DNA of 64,000 bases from Eledone cirrhosa (Eukaryota). Position numbers and translations under genes: made by a program. The first letter of the stretch is position 1; each line of letters begins with the position of its first letter. The stretch covers positions 321,966,001-322,030,000 of the forward strand of contig OZ024740.1 in NCBI GenBank assembly GCA_964016885.1, written 5' to 3'. The notes below the pieces were generated by a model. It was given only the letters and a program-made list of their open reading frames with translations. It was not told the DNA's origin and searched no databases. Below are positions 13,735-26,699 of the stretch, in pieces.

Positions 13735-13995
13735 ATGCATGATGGTACCCTATCGCTTGCGACGAGGATTCTTCCAGCTAGGTTTCTCAAATGGAACTGC
13801 CTGAAATTAAGGTGAGGGTGCCTGAGCATTCCATAGACACGTATAACGGAGGGTTTCAGGGTGGGACTACATTGGTTCTTCGACTTACTGGCAGAGTACA
13901 CTTTTTTTTTACTTCAGTGGAGAGAAGAAAGGCGAAATAAAGTGTCTTGCTCAAGAACACAGCGCACTGATGGGATTCGAACTCTCAACATTACA
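13735..13995 (-). mobile_element. tRNA-derived SINE family B (CORE/V-like), partial
   Basis: The minus strand has gagttcgaatccc then gtgttcttgagcaagacactttatttc. Same family as 27336-27730 and 32027-32238. Confidence 0.7.
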
Positions 13996-14568
13996 ATCAC
14001 GAGATACACACACGGACATAAACGTACACACATACACAGATACAGTAACACACATAAGCAAACAGATACACACACACATATACATATATATACACATAAA
14101 CACGTATGCACACACACAGATACACACAGATACACACACATAAACACACCACACCTAGATATATATATATATACGTGTGTGAGTCTATGTACTTATGCAA
14201 TGGTAAAAAGAATATACACCTGTGGATTGAATCATTGGTACTGTAGTAAATTATCCTTTCCTTATTTCCACATCTTCACATACATACACACAGCCACATA
14301 TACAGATAACCACACTATCGTCTATCTTTCTGTCTACCTACCTATATATCTACGTATCGATCTATCGACCTATCTATCTATTTGTCTATCTACCTCTCTC
14401 ACACACACACACACACACACACAAATATATCTATTCTAGAGAGTGTGTCCATCAGATGTATAATTACATTTCAAGAATTACGGAGAATTTGCAAGTTACT
14501 TCATCCGGGGAGGATTAATAATAGCTTCATTATCTTCGGTATGTCTGTGTGTCTATATAATATATATT

Positions 14569-15137
14569 AGCGCATGCGCAGTACAGGACCGGCCGTCGCG
14601 CATGCGCAAGACGGACTAGCCTTCGCGCATGCGCAGTACAGACCTCCCTCTGCGCATGCGCAGTACGGACCAGCCTTCGCGCATGCGCACTTCGGACAAG
14701 CCTTTGCACATGCGCACTTCGGACCAGACTTTGCGCATGCGCAGTACGGACTACCCTTCGCGCATGCGCAGTACGGACCAGCTTTCGCGCATGCTAACTA
14801 CGGACCAGCCTTCGGGCAGGCGCAGTACGGACCAGCCTTCGCGCATGCGCAGTACGGACCAACCTTCGCGCATGCGCAGTACTGACCAACCTTTGCACAT
14901 GCGCACTTCGGACCAGCATTCACGCATGCGCACTACGAACCAGCCTCCGCGCATGCGCAGTACTGACCAGCCTTCGTGCATGCGCAGTACGGACCAGCCT
15001 TCGTGCATGCTCAGTACGGACTAGCCTTCGCGCATGTACAGTACAGACCAGCCTTAGCGTATGCGCAGTACAGACCAGTTTTTGCGCATGCCCACTTCGG
15101 AAACCCTTCGACATGCGCAGTACAGACCAAACTTCGC
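14569..15137. repeat. 27-bp GC-rich tandem array (about 21 units), each unit with GCGCATGCGC
   Basis: Consensus gcgcatgcgcagtacggaccagccttc. It is flanked by direct repeats of about 97 bp at 14442-14539 and 15182-15278. Confidence 0.95.
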
Positions 15138-16024
15138 CTATATATATGTCTATGTATGAATAGATATATTTATGTGTGTGAGTGTGTCCGTTAGATGTAT
15201 TATTGCATTTCATGAATTACGAAGAATTTGCAAGTTACTTCACCTGGGGAGGATTAATAATAGCTTCACTAACTTCGGAAGACGATTTGTGTGTGGTGTG
15301 GTATGTATGTGTGTGTGTGTGTGTCTACATCAGACATAATTTAAATGCTATTACATTTATAGATATCTAATCAATGAGCGTATAACAGTGCTTAATCTAA
15401 ACTATAATAAAGAAAGGAGTGCGGGACTGCATACGGTTTATTTCTTTTAATCCAGTTAGTAAAATAAGTTGGATTACTTTGAATAAATAGTGAATGAATA
15501 TTACATAATTTATCTACTAAATTTCGTGGTTGTTCATTAAATATATTTTATTACTTATTTAAAGATTCACTTCTTTAAAATTTTCAAATGTCAACACTTC
15601 CAGTTAGTGATCGTTTAAATAAATATTCATATATTTCTGTCACTAATTTTCTCCTAATGCAGTTTATATATAATATAGTCTTACTTTAATGTATCATGGA
15701 TTACGTTACTGATTACATAAGACAGTGTAACACAGTCTTCGTTCAATTTCTGTGTATATTGTCAATTACGATTTTATTTGATGTATCATATCTACATATT
15801 TAAAAAAAAAGAGTTAATAAATAAATAAAACGCTATACTTGTTTTACCCTCCCATTTCCAATTAAACCGAACGCTATCATGACTGTATGTGTCTGTTTGT
15901 GTAAATGTATATGTGTGAATGTATGTATGTTTGTGTGAAAGTATGTGTGAATGTATGTGTATTTGTATGAAGTATGTCCGTGAGCGTGTATTTTTATAAG
16001 TTTGTGTTTGCGCCATTATAGTTA

Positions 16025-17976
16025 CTAGCTGACGTACCCAGCTTCGCCCGGGTAAACAGATGATAAGAGAAGACAGGTAAAAGAGAAAATGACTGTATTG
16101 GATGTTTGTCTGGTTACAGTATGAGGCGAGTCCGTGGTGTCTGTGTGATGCAGAAAATAGTAAAAAAAAATCTTCCAGATATACCAGATTCTTCAGTGTA
16201 CCGTTTGTGCATAGTATATGACCAATTCTAGGTGCTCCCACCTATAATAGTGACCTCTAGGAGATGGTTCATCTTCTGCCTGACTGTAAAACGTGTATCA
16301 TTGCATAGACGTGGTTGTTCCACGTTTCTCAAGAGGATGATGGAAGTTCCAATCTTTTATATTATATGTAGATATCAGACTCAGACTCAGAAGCTCCTGC
16401 GTCTTGCGACGCATGAGGCAATCATAGTGTTCCACCGCGTTCGGTCAGCAGCCAGTTGCACAGCGTCCCGCCATTGTCTGTTTGTCGCTCGCATGTCCCT
16501 CTCAACTGTCTGGCGCCAGTTCATTTTGGGTCGCCCTCTCCGTCTGCTTCCCTGTGGGTTCCATTTAAGTACTTGGTTCGCCAGTCTCTCCGGGGAAGTC
16601 TCAAAGCGTGCCCAAACCAGCCCAGGCGTCGCTTGCAAATGGCAGAAGAGACTAGCTGCTGGTTGGTGCGGTTCCTGACTTCCTGGTTTGTTACATGGTC
16701 ACTCCATTTAATCCCCAGGATCTTTCGCAGACACCTGGAATCGAATGCGTCCAACTTCTTCTCTTGGCTGGTCTTAAGGTGCCATGTTTCACTTCCGTAC
16801 AAGAGTGTGGACAGGACGTTACTGTTGTAGAATCTCATCTTTGTTTTGCGGGTGAACTTCCTGCTCTTCCAGATCTTGACAAGCTGGTTAAATGCTGCTG
16901 AAGCCTTTCCCATTCTACATTGCAATTCACTGTCCATGGCGCCCCCATTGTCAATGGAGCTTCCTAGGTAGGTGAAGTTGTCCACTATCTCCACCTCACC
17001 CTGTTCAATGAAAACACTAGTTGGTGATGGGTGTGTCCCAGATAACATGCTTTTGGTCTTCTTAGCACTGATATTGAGACCTAAGCTTCCTGCTTCGACA
17101 TTGATATTGTTCATAATGATTTGCAGGCCAGCTGTGCTCTCTGCAAGTGCAACAATATCGTCCGCAAAGTCCAGGTCAGACAACTTTTGCTCTCCCACCC
17201 AAGATATACCCTGGTCTTTAGACGCTCTTCTTAGTACCCAGTCAATGGCTATGGCAAAGAGAATTGGAGAGAGCGAGCAACCCTGACGCACACCAGTAAC
17301 CACCTCAAACCAGTCACTGTAACCAGCCTCTGTCCGTATGCAGCACTTGGAGTTTGCGTAAATCTGTTTGATTGCCGAAATGACTTTCTGTGGCAGACCA
17401 TACTCATGCATGATGCTCTAGAGTGACGGCCGATGAATGCTATCGAATCTTTTATATTATATGTAGATATAGATATAGATAATTAATATAAAAGATGTCT
17501 GTCAATGTAAAAAAAGGTCCCTATTTACTCCCTTCACAACTCTGTGTATGTTAGACTGACAGACAGGCACACAGACAGATAAACAGCGTAGCGATTGTGG
17601 AACGCCACACACATACACGCATGGAATCGCGCACACGCACGCAAACTTACACACGCACACACTCACACGTGTTGATAGTTTTTACTTTCTGTGGAACGCT
17701 GCACGCACACACACACATAAACATACGCGCACGTACATACACACACACGCATGTTAATAGTTATTGCTTTCCTTCCCCTCTTATTTCCACACACATGTCT
17801 CTACACTGACACATATAGCGTTCACACTCTCCCCTCTCACTCCCTCATTGGCATTATGCATATTAATTTCACTTTGGCGTCGTTGAGGTGGGCAGAGTCG
17901 TTTGAAACCTATGAACCAATGATAATCGAGAATTATGACACACGGAATACTGACGTTGTTGAAATTAATATATAGA
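16025..17976 (-). mobile_element. non-autonomous Helitron inserted at an A/T site
   Basis: The minus strand starts TCTATATA (17976) and ends with hairpin acccgggcgaagctgggt plus CTAG (16025). The empty site tatagttatatactcataatag is visible in the paralogous copy at about 18687. Confidence 0.85.
16376..17445 (-). mobile_element. RTE-clade LINE, 5'-truncated, RT C-terminal region
   Basis: GVRQGCSLSPILF, DLDFADDIVAL, FTYLGS, LLYGSETW, RRLGWFGH. (CTGAGT)n tail. TSD of about 25 bp, aatcttttatattatatgtagatat, at 16351-16375 and 17446-17470. One frameshift near 16580. Confidence 0.95.
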
Positions 17977-18241
17977 TATTCTCATAATAGTTATATACTC
18001 ATACATATAGATGTATGTATGTGCACACTCATACGCGTGAGTGTGTAGAAAATCATAATCTCTATCTCTCTCATCAGACACTGTCTCTTTCTATATATAT
18101 GGTAGTTGAAGTGGTGGTGGTGGTGGTGGCGGCGATATACCGGAAGTGCAACTTTGAAAAGAAGTCAATTTTAGAGTATTTATTTTTACGAAATTATTTG
18201 TTTACGAAATTTAGCACATAAATTATGTAATATTCATTCAT

Positions 18242-18427
18242 TGAATTGGCAGTATCGGTAGAGGGTCTGACGCCATGCTTTGACGCGTAGAGTTACGGCC
18301 CTTGCCATTCTGAGTTCAAATCCCGCCGAGGTTAACTTTGCCTTTCATCTTTACGGGATCGATAAAATAAAGTACCAGTAATACACTGGGTAATTGCTGG
18401 CCTTGTGCCAAAAGTAGAAACAATTAT
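18242..18427 (+). mobile_element. SINE family A inserted into the TIR-like sequence
   Basis: It interrupts attcattcatt|atttattcaaagtaatcc, which is seen intact at about 18950. Confidence 0.85.
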
Positions 18428-19081
18428 TTATTCAAAGTAATCCAACTTATTTTACTAACTGGATTAAAAGAAATAAACCGTACGCAGTCCCGCAGCCCTT
18501 GCTTTATTATAGTTTGAATGAGTTAAAAAAAAAAAGAGTTAATAAATAAATAAAGAGTTAATAAATAAATAAAACGTTATACTTGTCATGACTATGTGTG
18601 TGTTTGTGTAAATGTATGTATGTTTGTGTGAAAGTATGTGTGAATGTCCGTGAGCGTATATTTTTATAAGTTTGTGTTCGTGCGATTATAGTTATATACT
18701 CATAATAGTTATATACTCATACATATAGAAGTATGTATGTGCACACTCATACACGTCAGCGTGTAGAAAATCATAATCTCTCTATCTCTTTCATCACACA
18801 CTCTCTCTTTCTATATATATGGTAGTTGAAGTGGTGGCGACGATATACCGGAAGTGTAGAAATGTGAATGAAAATTTGAAAAGAAGCCAATTTTAAATTA
18901 TTTATGTTTACGAAATTTAATTTCGAAATTAAGGAAATAAATTATGTAATATTCATTCATTATTTATTCAAAGTAATCCAACTTATTTTACTAACGGGAT
19001 TAAAAGAAATAAACCGTACGCAGTCCCGCAGACCTTACTTTATTATGGTTTAGATTTTACGTTATATTTTGAGGTAGGAAC

Positions 19082-19500
19082 TTTTTTTTCTTTTTTTTTT
19101 TTTTGAAGGAATATATGTTTATTTACAATAATTTATAACTTTGCCTATTAATCCGTAAGGTGAGCAAATGGGGTCCCACAGCCCCGGCGGACAGGATAGA
19201 GAAGGCGTTTTCCCGGAGGAGGGTAAGGGAAATGCGCTGGAAGAGCTATTCCAACTCGCGAGGCTCACACCTGCGGCTGGCTAACTCAACGCCTATGGTG
19301 GGGAATAGGGAGGTAGCCCTAGGGCCAAGGACACCAGAAGTCTCCACTGCCAAGGGCACGACCGCGAACCTGTCGGAGAGCGACCGGTACTTGGAGAGTT
19401 TGGCCTCCTCAGCCCGACGTGCAGCAGAACCTGGGTTAGTGGCAGACTGCACCGGGTTGCGGCTGGAGAAAGTGTCGGTGCAAGTGGCATCCCAGACCGA
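19082..19500 (-). mobile_element. 3' end of a CRE-like non-LTR retrotransposon (RLE domain plus poly-A)
   Basis: VWDATCTDTFS...AARRAEEAKLSKYRSL...VVPLAVETSGVLG, with poly-T on + at 19082-19104 and a partial duplication at about 19645-19755. Confidence 0.65.
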
Positions 19501-20333
19501 AGAATTTCTAATCATAATGACACTGTATAACTACAGATTCAAACTATAAATAGGAATTCACAATGTTCGTCACTCTTGACAGGTGCAATGTGTCCGAACT
19601 CGGAAGAGCCGAACTCCTACCAACCTCGCCCCCATCTCTCTGTATAGTGAGCAAATGGCGTCCCACGTGCTGGCCGCCCCACAGCCCCGGCGGACAGAAT
19701 GGAGAAGGCGTTTCCCCGGAGAATGTTAAGGGAGATGCGCTGGAAGAGCCATTCCATCTTGACATGTATAGTCATTTTTGTGGATCACGTCCAATATTCG
19801 CGGTTTTTCACTCTACGAACGTAACCCCCGCGAAAGAAGAGTACATCTTTCCACATGCTAATGATAGGAACCCATGCCGATATATTTGATTTTGCCATTT
19901 ATCTAATTTAATTTAACAATGTAAATTCTCTACAGGACAAACACAACACATATACTGGCGGACACACAAACGCATTATATATATGTGTGTGTATGCGTGT
20001 GTGTATGCATGTGTGTATGTATGTGTATATTTGTGTGTGTATATGTGTATATTTGTGTGTATGTGTATATTTATGTGTGTGTGTGTGTGTGTGTGAATTT
20101 ATGCGTGTGTATGTGTGTACATTTATGTGTGTATGTACGTGTGTATATATATATGTACGTATGTGTGTTTATATATACATATGTGTGTGCTTATATATAT
20201 ATATATATATATTGGAAAATGTGTGTAATCCTTGGTACAGTTAGGTATATTAAGACGTGTGTACATTTATGTGTGTATGTACGTGTGTATATATATATGT
20301 ATGTATGTGTGTTTATATATACATATGTGTGTG

Positions 20334-20384
<51 letters not shown>

Positions 20385-20430
20385 AAATGTGTGTAATCCT
20401 TGGTACAGTTAGGTATATTAAGACAGGGGG

Positions 20431-20489
20431 GAAGAAAAAATGGCTTCACTTGTGCTTTCAACAAGCACAAGTGAAGCCATTTTTTCTTC
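20431..20489. repeat. short perfect hairpin with arms of about 25 bp
   Basis: agaaaaaatggcttcacttgtgctt tcaac aagcacaagtgaagccattttttct. Confidence 0.85.
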
Positions 20490-21070
20490 TATATATATAT
20501 ACAAACCCACGTTACAGCGATATATACCTTTCTGCTTCATTTTAAACGTTTATTTTCTTTCAATGGTAATTGAAAAGGCATGGTCTAAACTTTTTCAACA
20601 TGAAGGAACTATTTCAACTATAGTTGTCAATTTATATATCTTTATAATAATTTCTTAACTTCTTCGGATTACGATTCACTTTAGTTTGCTAAATTTTAAT
20701 ATGAATATAAATTGCTTTAGACATTTCACTTATTTATTTTACTGTTAACTTGAAAGGGCGGGTGTTTTTTCCAAATTTATCCTCTACCTCAAAAATGTTT
20801 AAATTTTGAGAGGTATCGGAACAAAGGGAGGAAAGGACAACGTAATATAGAGGAGGGAAGTACCTTGCAAAGTATATGGAAGCGTATAATAGCAGAAATC
20901 CACCATGTATGAGAGAAAATATTGAAATGTCAACAATATCCATGATAAATAAATATATAGATAAAATTAAAGTAATTACAAAAACGGCTTAAAGAGAAGA
21001 ACAATATCGACTTATGAAGCATTTGATATACTGCATGGAAATACTGACAACATCTATGGAAATATCAATA

Positions 21071-21126
<56 letters not shown>

Positions 21127-21139
21127 GTGTGTGTGTGTG

Positions 21140-22500
21140 TGTTGATGCGTAATGTGTTTTGGTGTAATGTTAAAGAGAGCGGGACCAATTGAGGTAAAAT
21201 AATCGTGCCGTATTGTTGTTATGAAATGCGAGTGTGATTTTTGTTGTGGGCGGATAGCACGGGGCCCAAGCCTTGGGTGTACCTTAAAGGTGATGCCAAT
21301 ATCATTTGGGAAATGGTGATGAAATTCTTTCGACATTATGCAGATAATGTAGTGCTCATGGCGACATTGGAGAGAATAAAGTTTGAGGTTTTCTAGTCGA
21401 CCCCAATAGTCAAGGCCTGACATGCCATCTATCTTTTTCGTGATTGACCTTTGAGGAGCTTCAATTTTCATGATACTTTGTTTCGTGTAGGGAGACCACA
21501 GTGGACAACAGTATTCTAGGTGGGCTCGGGCAAAAGTGGAAAATGGAAGAATAATAGTGTAGATATCTCTCGACTGGAAGGTTCTGAGAATCCAGGAACA
21601 CATTCTGCGGACCATGTCAACTTTGCTGTTGATATGAGGAGCCCAGCTTATGTTGTTGTTCAAAATTACTCCCAAGTCTCTGATGTTGTTGAGTGCCACG
21701 AGAGTTTCACCTGAAGGAAGAGAGTATGGAAGTTTCAAGGTATCCTCTTTTCCAACTCAAATTTATCCTCGTTCAGCAACATATTGTTCTTTTTCGCCCA
21801 TTGGATAACAACCAGTAGGTCTGACTGAAGGCATGTCCGGTCACTCACTTCATTGATGACCTTCTGGAGTTTGGAATCATCTGCAAAGATTCTTATGTTG
21901 CTGTGCATGATGATGTCACTAATGTTATTAATGTAGATGATGGAAAGTAGTGGGCCCGACACAGCGCCTTGCGGAACGCCACTACTGACTTTGGCTGAGC
22001 TTGATTTTACTCCTTCGACTACCACATGTTGGGCTCTGTCTGTCAGGAAACACTTGATCCATTGCAATAACTTTCCAGAGACACCAATGTTGGATAGTTT
22101 TTTCAGTAGAATCTTGTGATCAACCCTGTCAAAGGCCTTGCTGAAATCAAGGTAGATGACTCCAGTGTTGGAGCCCTCTCCCAAAGCTCTCAAAATATCA
22201 TCAAAGTGGTGCAGGAGCTGCGTTAGGCTGTCCCTTCCATTACGGAACCCATATTTGTTGGAGTTCAGCAGTCTGTTGCTTTCAAGAAAGTGTGCTATTC
22301 GTGATCTCACCACCCTCTCAAATACCTTGATGATATGAGAGGTGAGTGAGATCGGATAGTAGTTCACTACAAGGGACTTGTTTCCCTTTTTGAAAACTGG
22401 GACAGAAAGTTTTCGGGAATTTACCCAGCATTCAGTGAGTTCCTCCACAGATTAGCAAGAGGAGATGCAAGTTGGTGTCGATACACCTTCAGGACACGAA
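21140..22500 (-). mobile_element. CR1/L2-group LINE reverse transcriptase, decayed
   Basis: NYYPISLTS, YLDFSKAFDRVDH, SGVPQG, FADDSKL, RDLGV, HLEYCCPLWSP, with a frameshift at about 21736. Confidence 0.9.
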
Positions 22501-23559
22501 CAGTGAAAAATCAAGAATATTGGACGTGGTCCATAAAAATGCCTATAAAATTCAAAACAACCTAAAATATAGGCCGGCAAATACGGTATATTGTTATTAA
22601 TAACTTATAAAAAATATATATATTGCCACGAAAAAAGCCATAAAAAAATCACGGAAGACATTTACAGTTCCGCGATTAGGTTCTATGGAAACTTCAGTGT
22701 GGAAATACCTAATCAGACTAAGATCTGGTGTTGGACGTGCAAAAGTCACTCTTGCAAAATAGGGACATTTAAAGGATGGGGATATAACTGACTTGTCGCA
22801 CGTGGAGAGAGTATACATACATATTTGTGTGTGTGTTTTTGTGTTTATGCATAGTATATGACATAAAATACATGGCAAACTGGCGTATACCTTCCTTGGT
22901 ACTCCGAGTTTACCGAAGTAAGTTCATCTTACTTCGTTCGTCAGTAATCGAAATGTCACCGCCGATAACACTTCATGAAATTTCAGGTTGCCATGTATTT
23001 TATATAATACTAGACAAATCCAGTTTCATTCTCCTTTGGAGAATGCTTTCTGTAGTTGGCGATAAATAGATAGGAATACATAGAGAAAAAAAGAGTAATA
23101 AATAGATAGATACAAATCAATGTGTGTGTGTTCTAGAACCTAGACTATATATAAAAGTGTATTAAAATAAATATTTTTAAACCATATTATACCATAATTC
23201 AACTCAAATATGCTTTATACAGGCTAAAATCTATATTATGCAGAACATTGTTTATTCAAAATATTACTTAGGTACAATAATTAAGTATATTACTATTAAG
23301 ATTAAGAGATAGCAAGTTAAACAATTAATTTAAGGAAAAAATATAATTTTTCCTGCATAATTGTCTATACCACGGTTTCACCATGATTAGGAATACTAGC
23401 TAATTAACATAATTAATTAGCCAATCAAGATTCACATGGATCTTCAGTGAACTAGTCTTAAGATATAATAATTAATAGTCAATTCAAGAAAACTTCTAAT
23501 GGATTTTCTTGTGTTGGAAATAACGTCTAGACTTATGTATATAGGTTCTGCTCATACAC

Positions 23560-24330
23560 TTTGTTTTGGCTTTGTTTCCCATTCCTTGATTGGATGCTCT
23601 TTATGCATCTCTCATCATTCATATGCATTATATATCCATACCATTGCAGTCTCCTCTTCTGCATGCTGCAACTGATGCCTCTTATACCCAGTTTTTCTCT
23701 CAGCTCATTGATACTTTGTTGCTCATGTATACTACTATTACACATCCATTGGCATATGATGGCTTCCTTTTTTCCAATCTTCATAAGTTCTCCATACACA
23801 AAGCCCAAGTCTCACTACCATGTAGCATTGCCATTTGCATGACAAACATCATACATTCTACCTCCGAGCATTTGACAGAGCTTGTTTTCCATGTGCTCTA
23901 GTTGATTACTGCTCTTTTGCATTGGCTACATATAAAGTCTACCTGCAATTCCACTACATCTTTTGTGTACCTGAAGCCTACATTTTGTACATAAGATGGA
24001 ATTTCTGCCTACACCTTTCCTGCATAATGAGCATGACTATTTCCCTGAAGGAATCAGTGCCTTGTTTTCTTTTTAACTTACCAGGACTTTGGTCTTTGCT
24101 AGTTGACTCTGAAACCTTTTGATTCCAGGTTTTGCTCCCTTATCTGGAATTTCTCCTCTAGTTCTGCTGCAGTTTCAGCTATGAGGACTAGATAATTGGC
24201 ATCTAAGAGTTCCCACAAGCAGCCAGTTTTTTTACTCTTTTGTTATGGTCTGAAAGACACTAATAAAGAGAAGGGGCTGACAACAGAGCCCTGGTGGACC
24301 CCCATCTGCACACTATCCCTAATTGACATG
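23560..24330 (-). mobile_element. RTE/BovB-like LINE remnant, heavily decayed
   Basis: GVHQGSVVSP and WELL...LVLIAET remnants, plus ELREKLGIRGISCSMQKRRLQWYGYIMHM. Confidence 0.7.
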
Positions 24331-24368
24331 CTGCTTTGCATGTCTTCATAATGTTAATTGCCTTACAT

Positions 24369-24991
24369 CAGTACCTTTTATAGCCTAGCAATAGCGAGAG
24401 ACTTATGTCTTAGTAACCAGATTTTGTTTATTTTTTTTTCTCTCTCAGTACCTTTTATAGCCTAGCAATAGCGAGAGACTTATGTCTTAGTAACCAGATT
24501 TTGCTTATTTTTTTTCTCTCTCAGTACCTTTTATAGCCTAGCAATAGCGAGAGACTTATGTCTTAGTAACCAGATTTTGCTTATTTTTTTCTCTCTCAGT
24601 ACCTTTTATAGCCTAGCAATAGCGAGAGACTTATGTCTTAGTAACCAGATTTTGCTTATTTTTTTTCTCTCTCAGTATCTTTTATAGTCTAGCAATAGCG
24701 AGAGACTTATGTCATAGTAACCAGATTTTGCTTATTTTTTTTCTCTCTCAGTACCTTTTATAGCCTAGCAATAGCGAGAGACTTATGTCTTAGTAACCAG
24801 ATTTTGCTTATTTTTTTTCTCTCTCAGTACCTTTTATAGCCTAGCAATAGCGAGAGACTTATGTCTTAGTAACCAGATTTTGCTTTTTTTTTTTCTCTCT
24901 CAGTACCTTTTATAGCCTAGCAATAGCGAGAGACTTATGTCTTAGTAACCAGATTTTGCTTATTTTCTTTCTCTCTCAGTACCTTTTATAG
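24369..24991. repeat. tandem array, unit about 76 bp (8 units plus a partial one), nearly identical
   Basis: Unit cagtaccttttatagcctagcaatagcgagagacttatgtcttagtaaccagattttgcttatttttttctctct. Variation is mostly in T-run length. Confidence 0.97.
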
Positions 24992-25289
24992 TTTTACCTT
25001 TCATTGTTCTACTTACCGTTTCGACCTCCTCCCCCTCCCCCTCCCCAGTATCCTCTTTGACCTCACACCCAGCTGTAGCTGGCACTACCAACGCATGAAT
25101 GGGTCTACTCCACCCCCTCTCCCTTTTTCTCCTACCGGCAGGTTTAGCTACCCCTTCCCCCACCAACTTGCCATCACAGATTTACTACTAACTTGTGATG
25201 TGACCAATCCTGGTGATTATCTCTTTGACCATATATGGAATTACCCCTTGATAAGTTCGGCTATTCAAATACCAGAATAAATTTTCATT

Positions 25290-25427
25290 CAGTACAGAAT
25301 TAGCCGTCGAAACGGCTTGAGCTCAGCCGTTGGGGTCTTACTTGTTCCTATTACCCACTCTACTACCCTAAGTATTGAGTACTTTGGTGCGTTATGGTCC
25401 ACCTGGTTCCTTACCACATTTCCTTCG

Positions 25428-25430
<3 letters not shown>
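25290..25430 (+). mobile_element. unclassified short element ending in (TA)n (family T)
   Basis: agccgtcgaaacggcttgagctc...ctactaccctaagtattgagtac...ccacatttccttcgtta. Other copies lie at about 29990-30132, 31766-31951, 34168-34330 and 53830-53957, with a fragment at 41200-41250. Confidence 0.75.
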
Positions 25431-25498
<68 letters not shown>

Positions 25499-25503
25499 TA
25501 CTC

Positions 25504-25641
25504 ATTTATTATGACTAAGCTGTAAGCCTTGTTACTCTGGAGTTTCACTTGCACACTCACACGATCATCAGACGTAATGATCCTGCGAGTGCACATGTGA
25601 AACTCCAAAGTAACAAGGTTTACTGCTTAGCCATAATAAAT
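25504..25641. repeat. imperfect inverted repeat with hammerhead-like cores
   Basis: The minus arm reads CTGATGA-t...t-GAAA-ctc ca gag-TA/acaagg. Stem I is lost at the inversion point. Confidence 0.6.
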
Positions 25642-26213
25642 ATATAAACTCTACTTCGGTATTGAGTACATTTTTTCACATCTGTCAATAACTCACACAC
25701 ACTCTCTCTCACACACCCACAAACACACACATGTGAAACTCCAGAGTAACAAGGCTTATAGCTTCCACTCTACCAGCCCTCACTCTAAAAGTCACCTTTC
25801 ACTCTTACACCCTGCTTCAACAGGCAACATGCACCCCCCCCCCTTTACTTATTTTGTAAGGTTGGGGAGATGATACCATGACAGAAGCACTAAGTTCACC
25901 TTGTTAGATGGAGGTGGGGGTGGTGCTGGTGGTGGTGCCATGTTGGAGTGAATTTGGGGGTGAAGGAGGGCATCTAATCATAGAAACAATGCATAAAATG
26001 TAACATATGAGCAGGGTGTGGTCACCTGGCATGTCTGGACTCAGAGGATGATGACCTGACTGGTCTGTGCTGGTATGAAAAATAGACATAGAGCGGTTGT
26101 AGTGATGATGATAATGATCATGACACACACACGCACACACACATGCACACACACCCACACATATATATGTAGATCCCAAGTTAAATCAGTAAATAAGGAA
26201 CTCAAAACATTAG

Positions 26214-26263
26214 TATTTCTGATGATTTCATATGAATGAAACAGTTCTTGCCCTGTAGAAGTA
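26214..26263 (+). ncRNA. type I hammerhead motif (same family as 42104-42156)
   Basis: CTGATGA(26219-26225)-t ttc atat gaa t-GAAA-cag ttcttgcc ctg-TA/gaag. Stem I is weakened. Confidence 0.65.
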
Positions 26264-26699
26264 ATTTCTATATTAAATAATTATATAGTCCATTCGTATT
26301 CATCAATCCGTTATTGTTTCTTAGTTGTATGTCTTAATCAACTAATACTTGTGTATACAGCATAAGGCACTCAACATTATGTAATTCCCAAACTATGATA
26401 TAATCACACAGGCTTATGTACAACGGAGATTTGGTATAATAAATAAGAATAAGACAGTATGTTGGAATTTTACATCATTTTATTAATTGCGTCATTGTTG
26501 TTATATGCATATCGATGATATCAATGATGCAATAGATGTGACCTTATCAGACAGTCATTACGTAATCTATTTATACTGCAATATATTGCAGTATAATTGA
26601 AAAAAATTCATATGAGATTCCAATATACTTCCTTATTCGTCATTATATAAACTGAATTAGTAGCTTTTGCTATATTTTTGAGTACAGAAGATAGTTTAA

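Larger units (their letters stand above)
15393..19056. mobile_element. composite element bounded by inverted repeats of about 130 bp and hosting nested insertions
   Basis: 15393-15527 is the reverse complement of about 18920-19056. A further copy of this end at about 18200-18515 is split by a SINE. The internal segment is duplicated (15800-16024 plus 17977-18240 versus 18520-18960). Confidence 0.7.

Noticed and set aside
14574-15024. ORFs with 9-aa repeats (AFAHAQYGP / MRSTDQPSR)
   Set aside because: They are by-products of a 27-bp tandem unit. Several frames are open and are broken by stops, with no signal peptide or splice evidence.
14569-15137. CRISPR-like appearance of the GC-rich array
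   Set aside because: The units are head-to-tail with no unique spacers, there are no cas genes, and the context is eukaryotic.
22863-23005. Small inverted repeat with RFX-like gttgccatg and a minus-strand CTGACGA-hairpin-GTAAA motif
   Set aside because: The GAAA core is disrupted and no stem I forms. A promoter role is unsupported.
24369-24991. CRISPR-like appearance of the 76-bp array
   Set aside because: The whole unit is repeated and there are no variable spacers.
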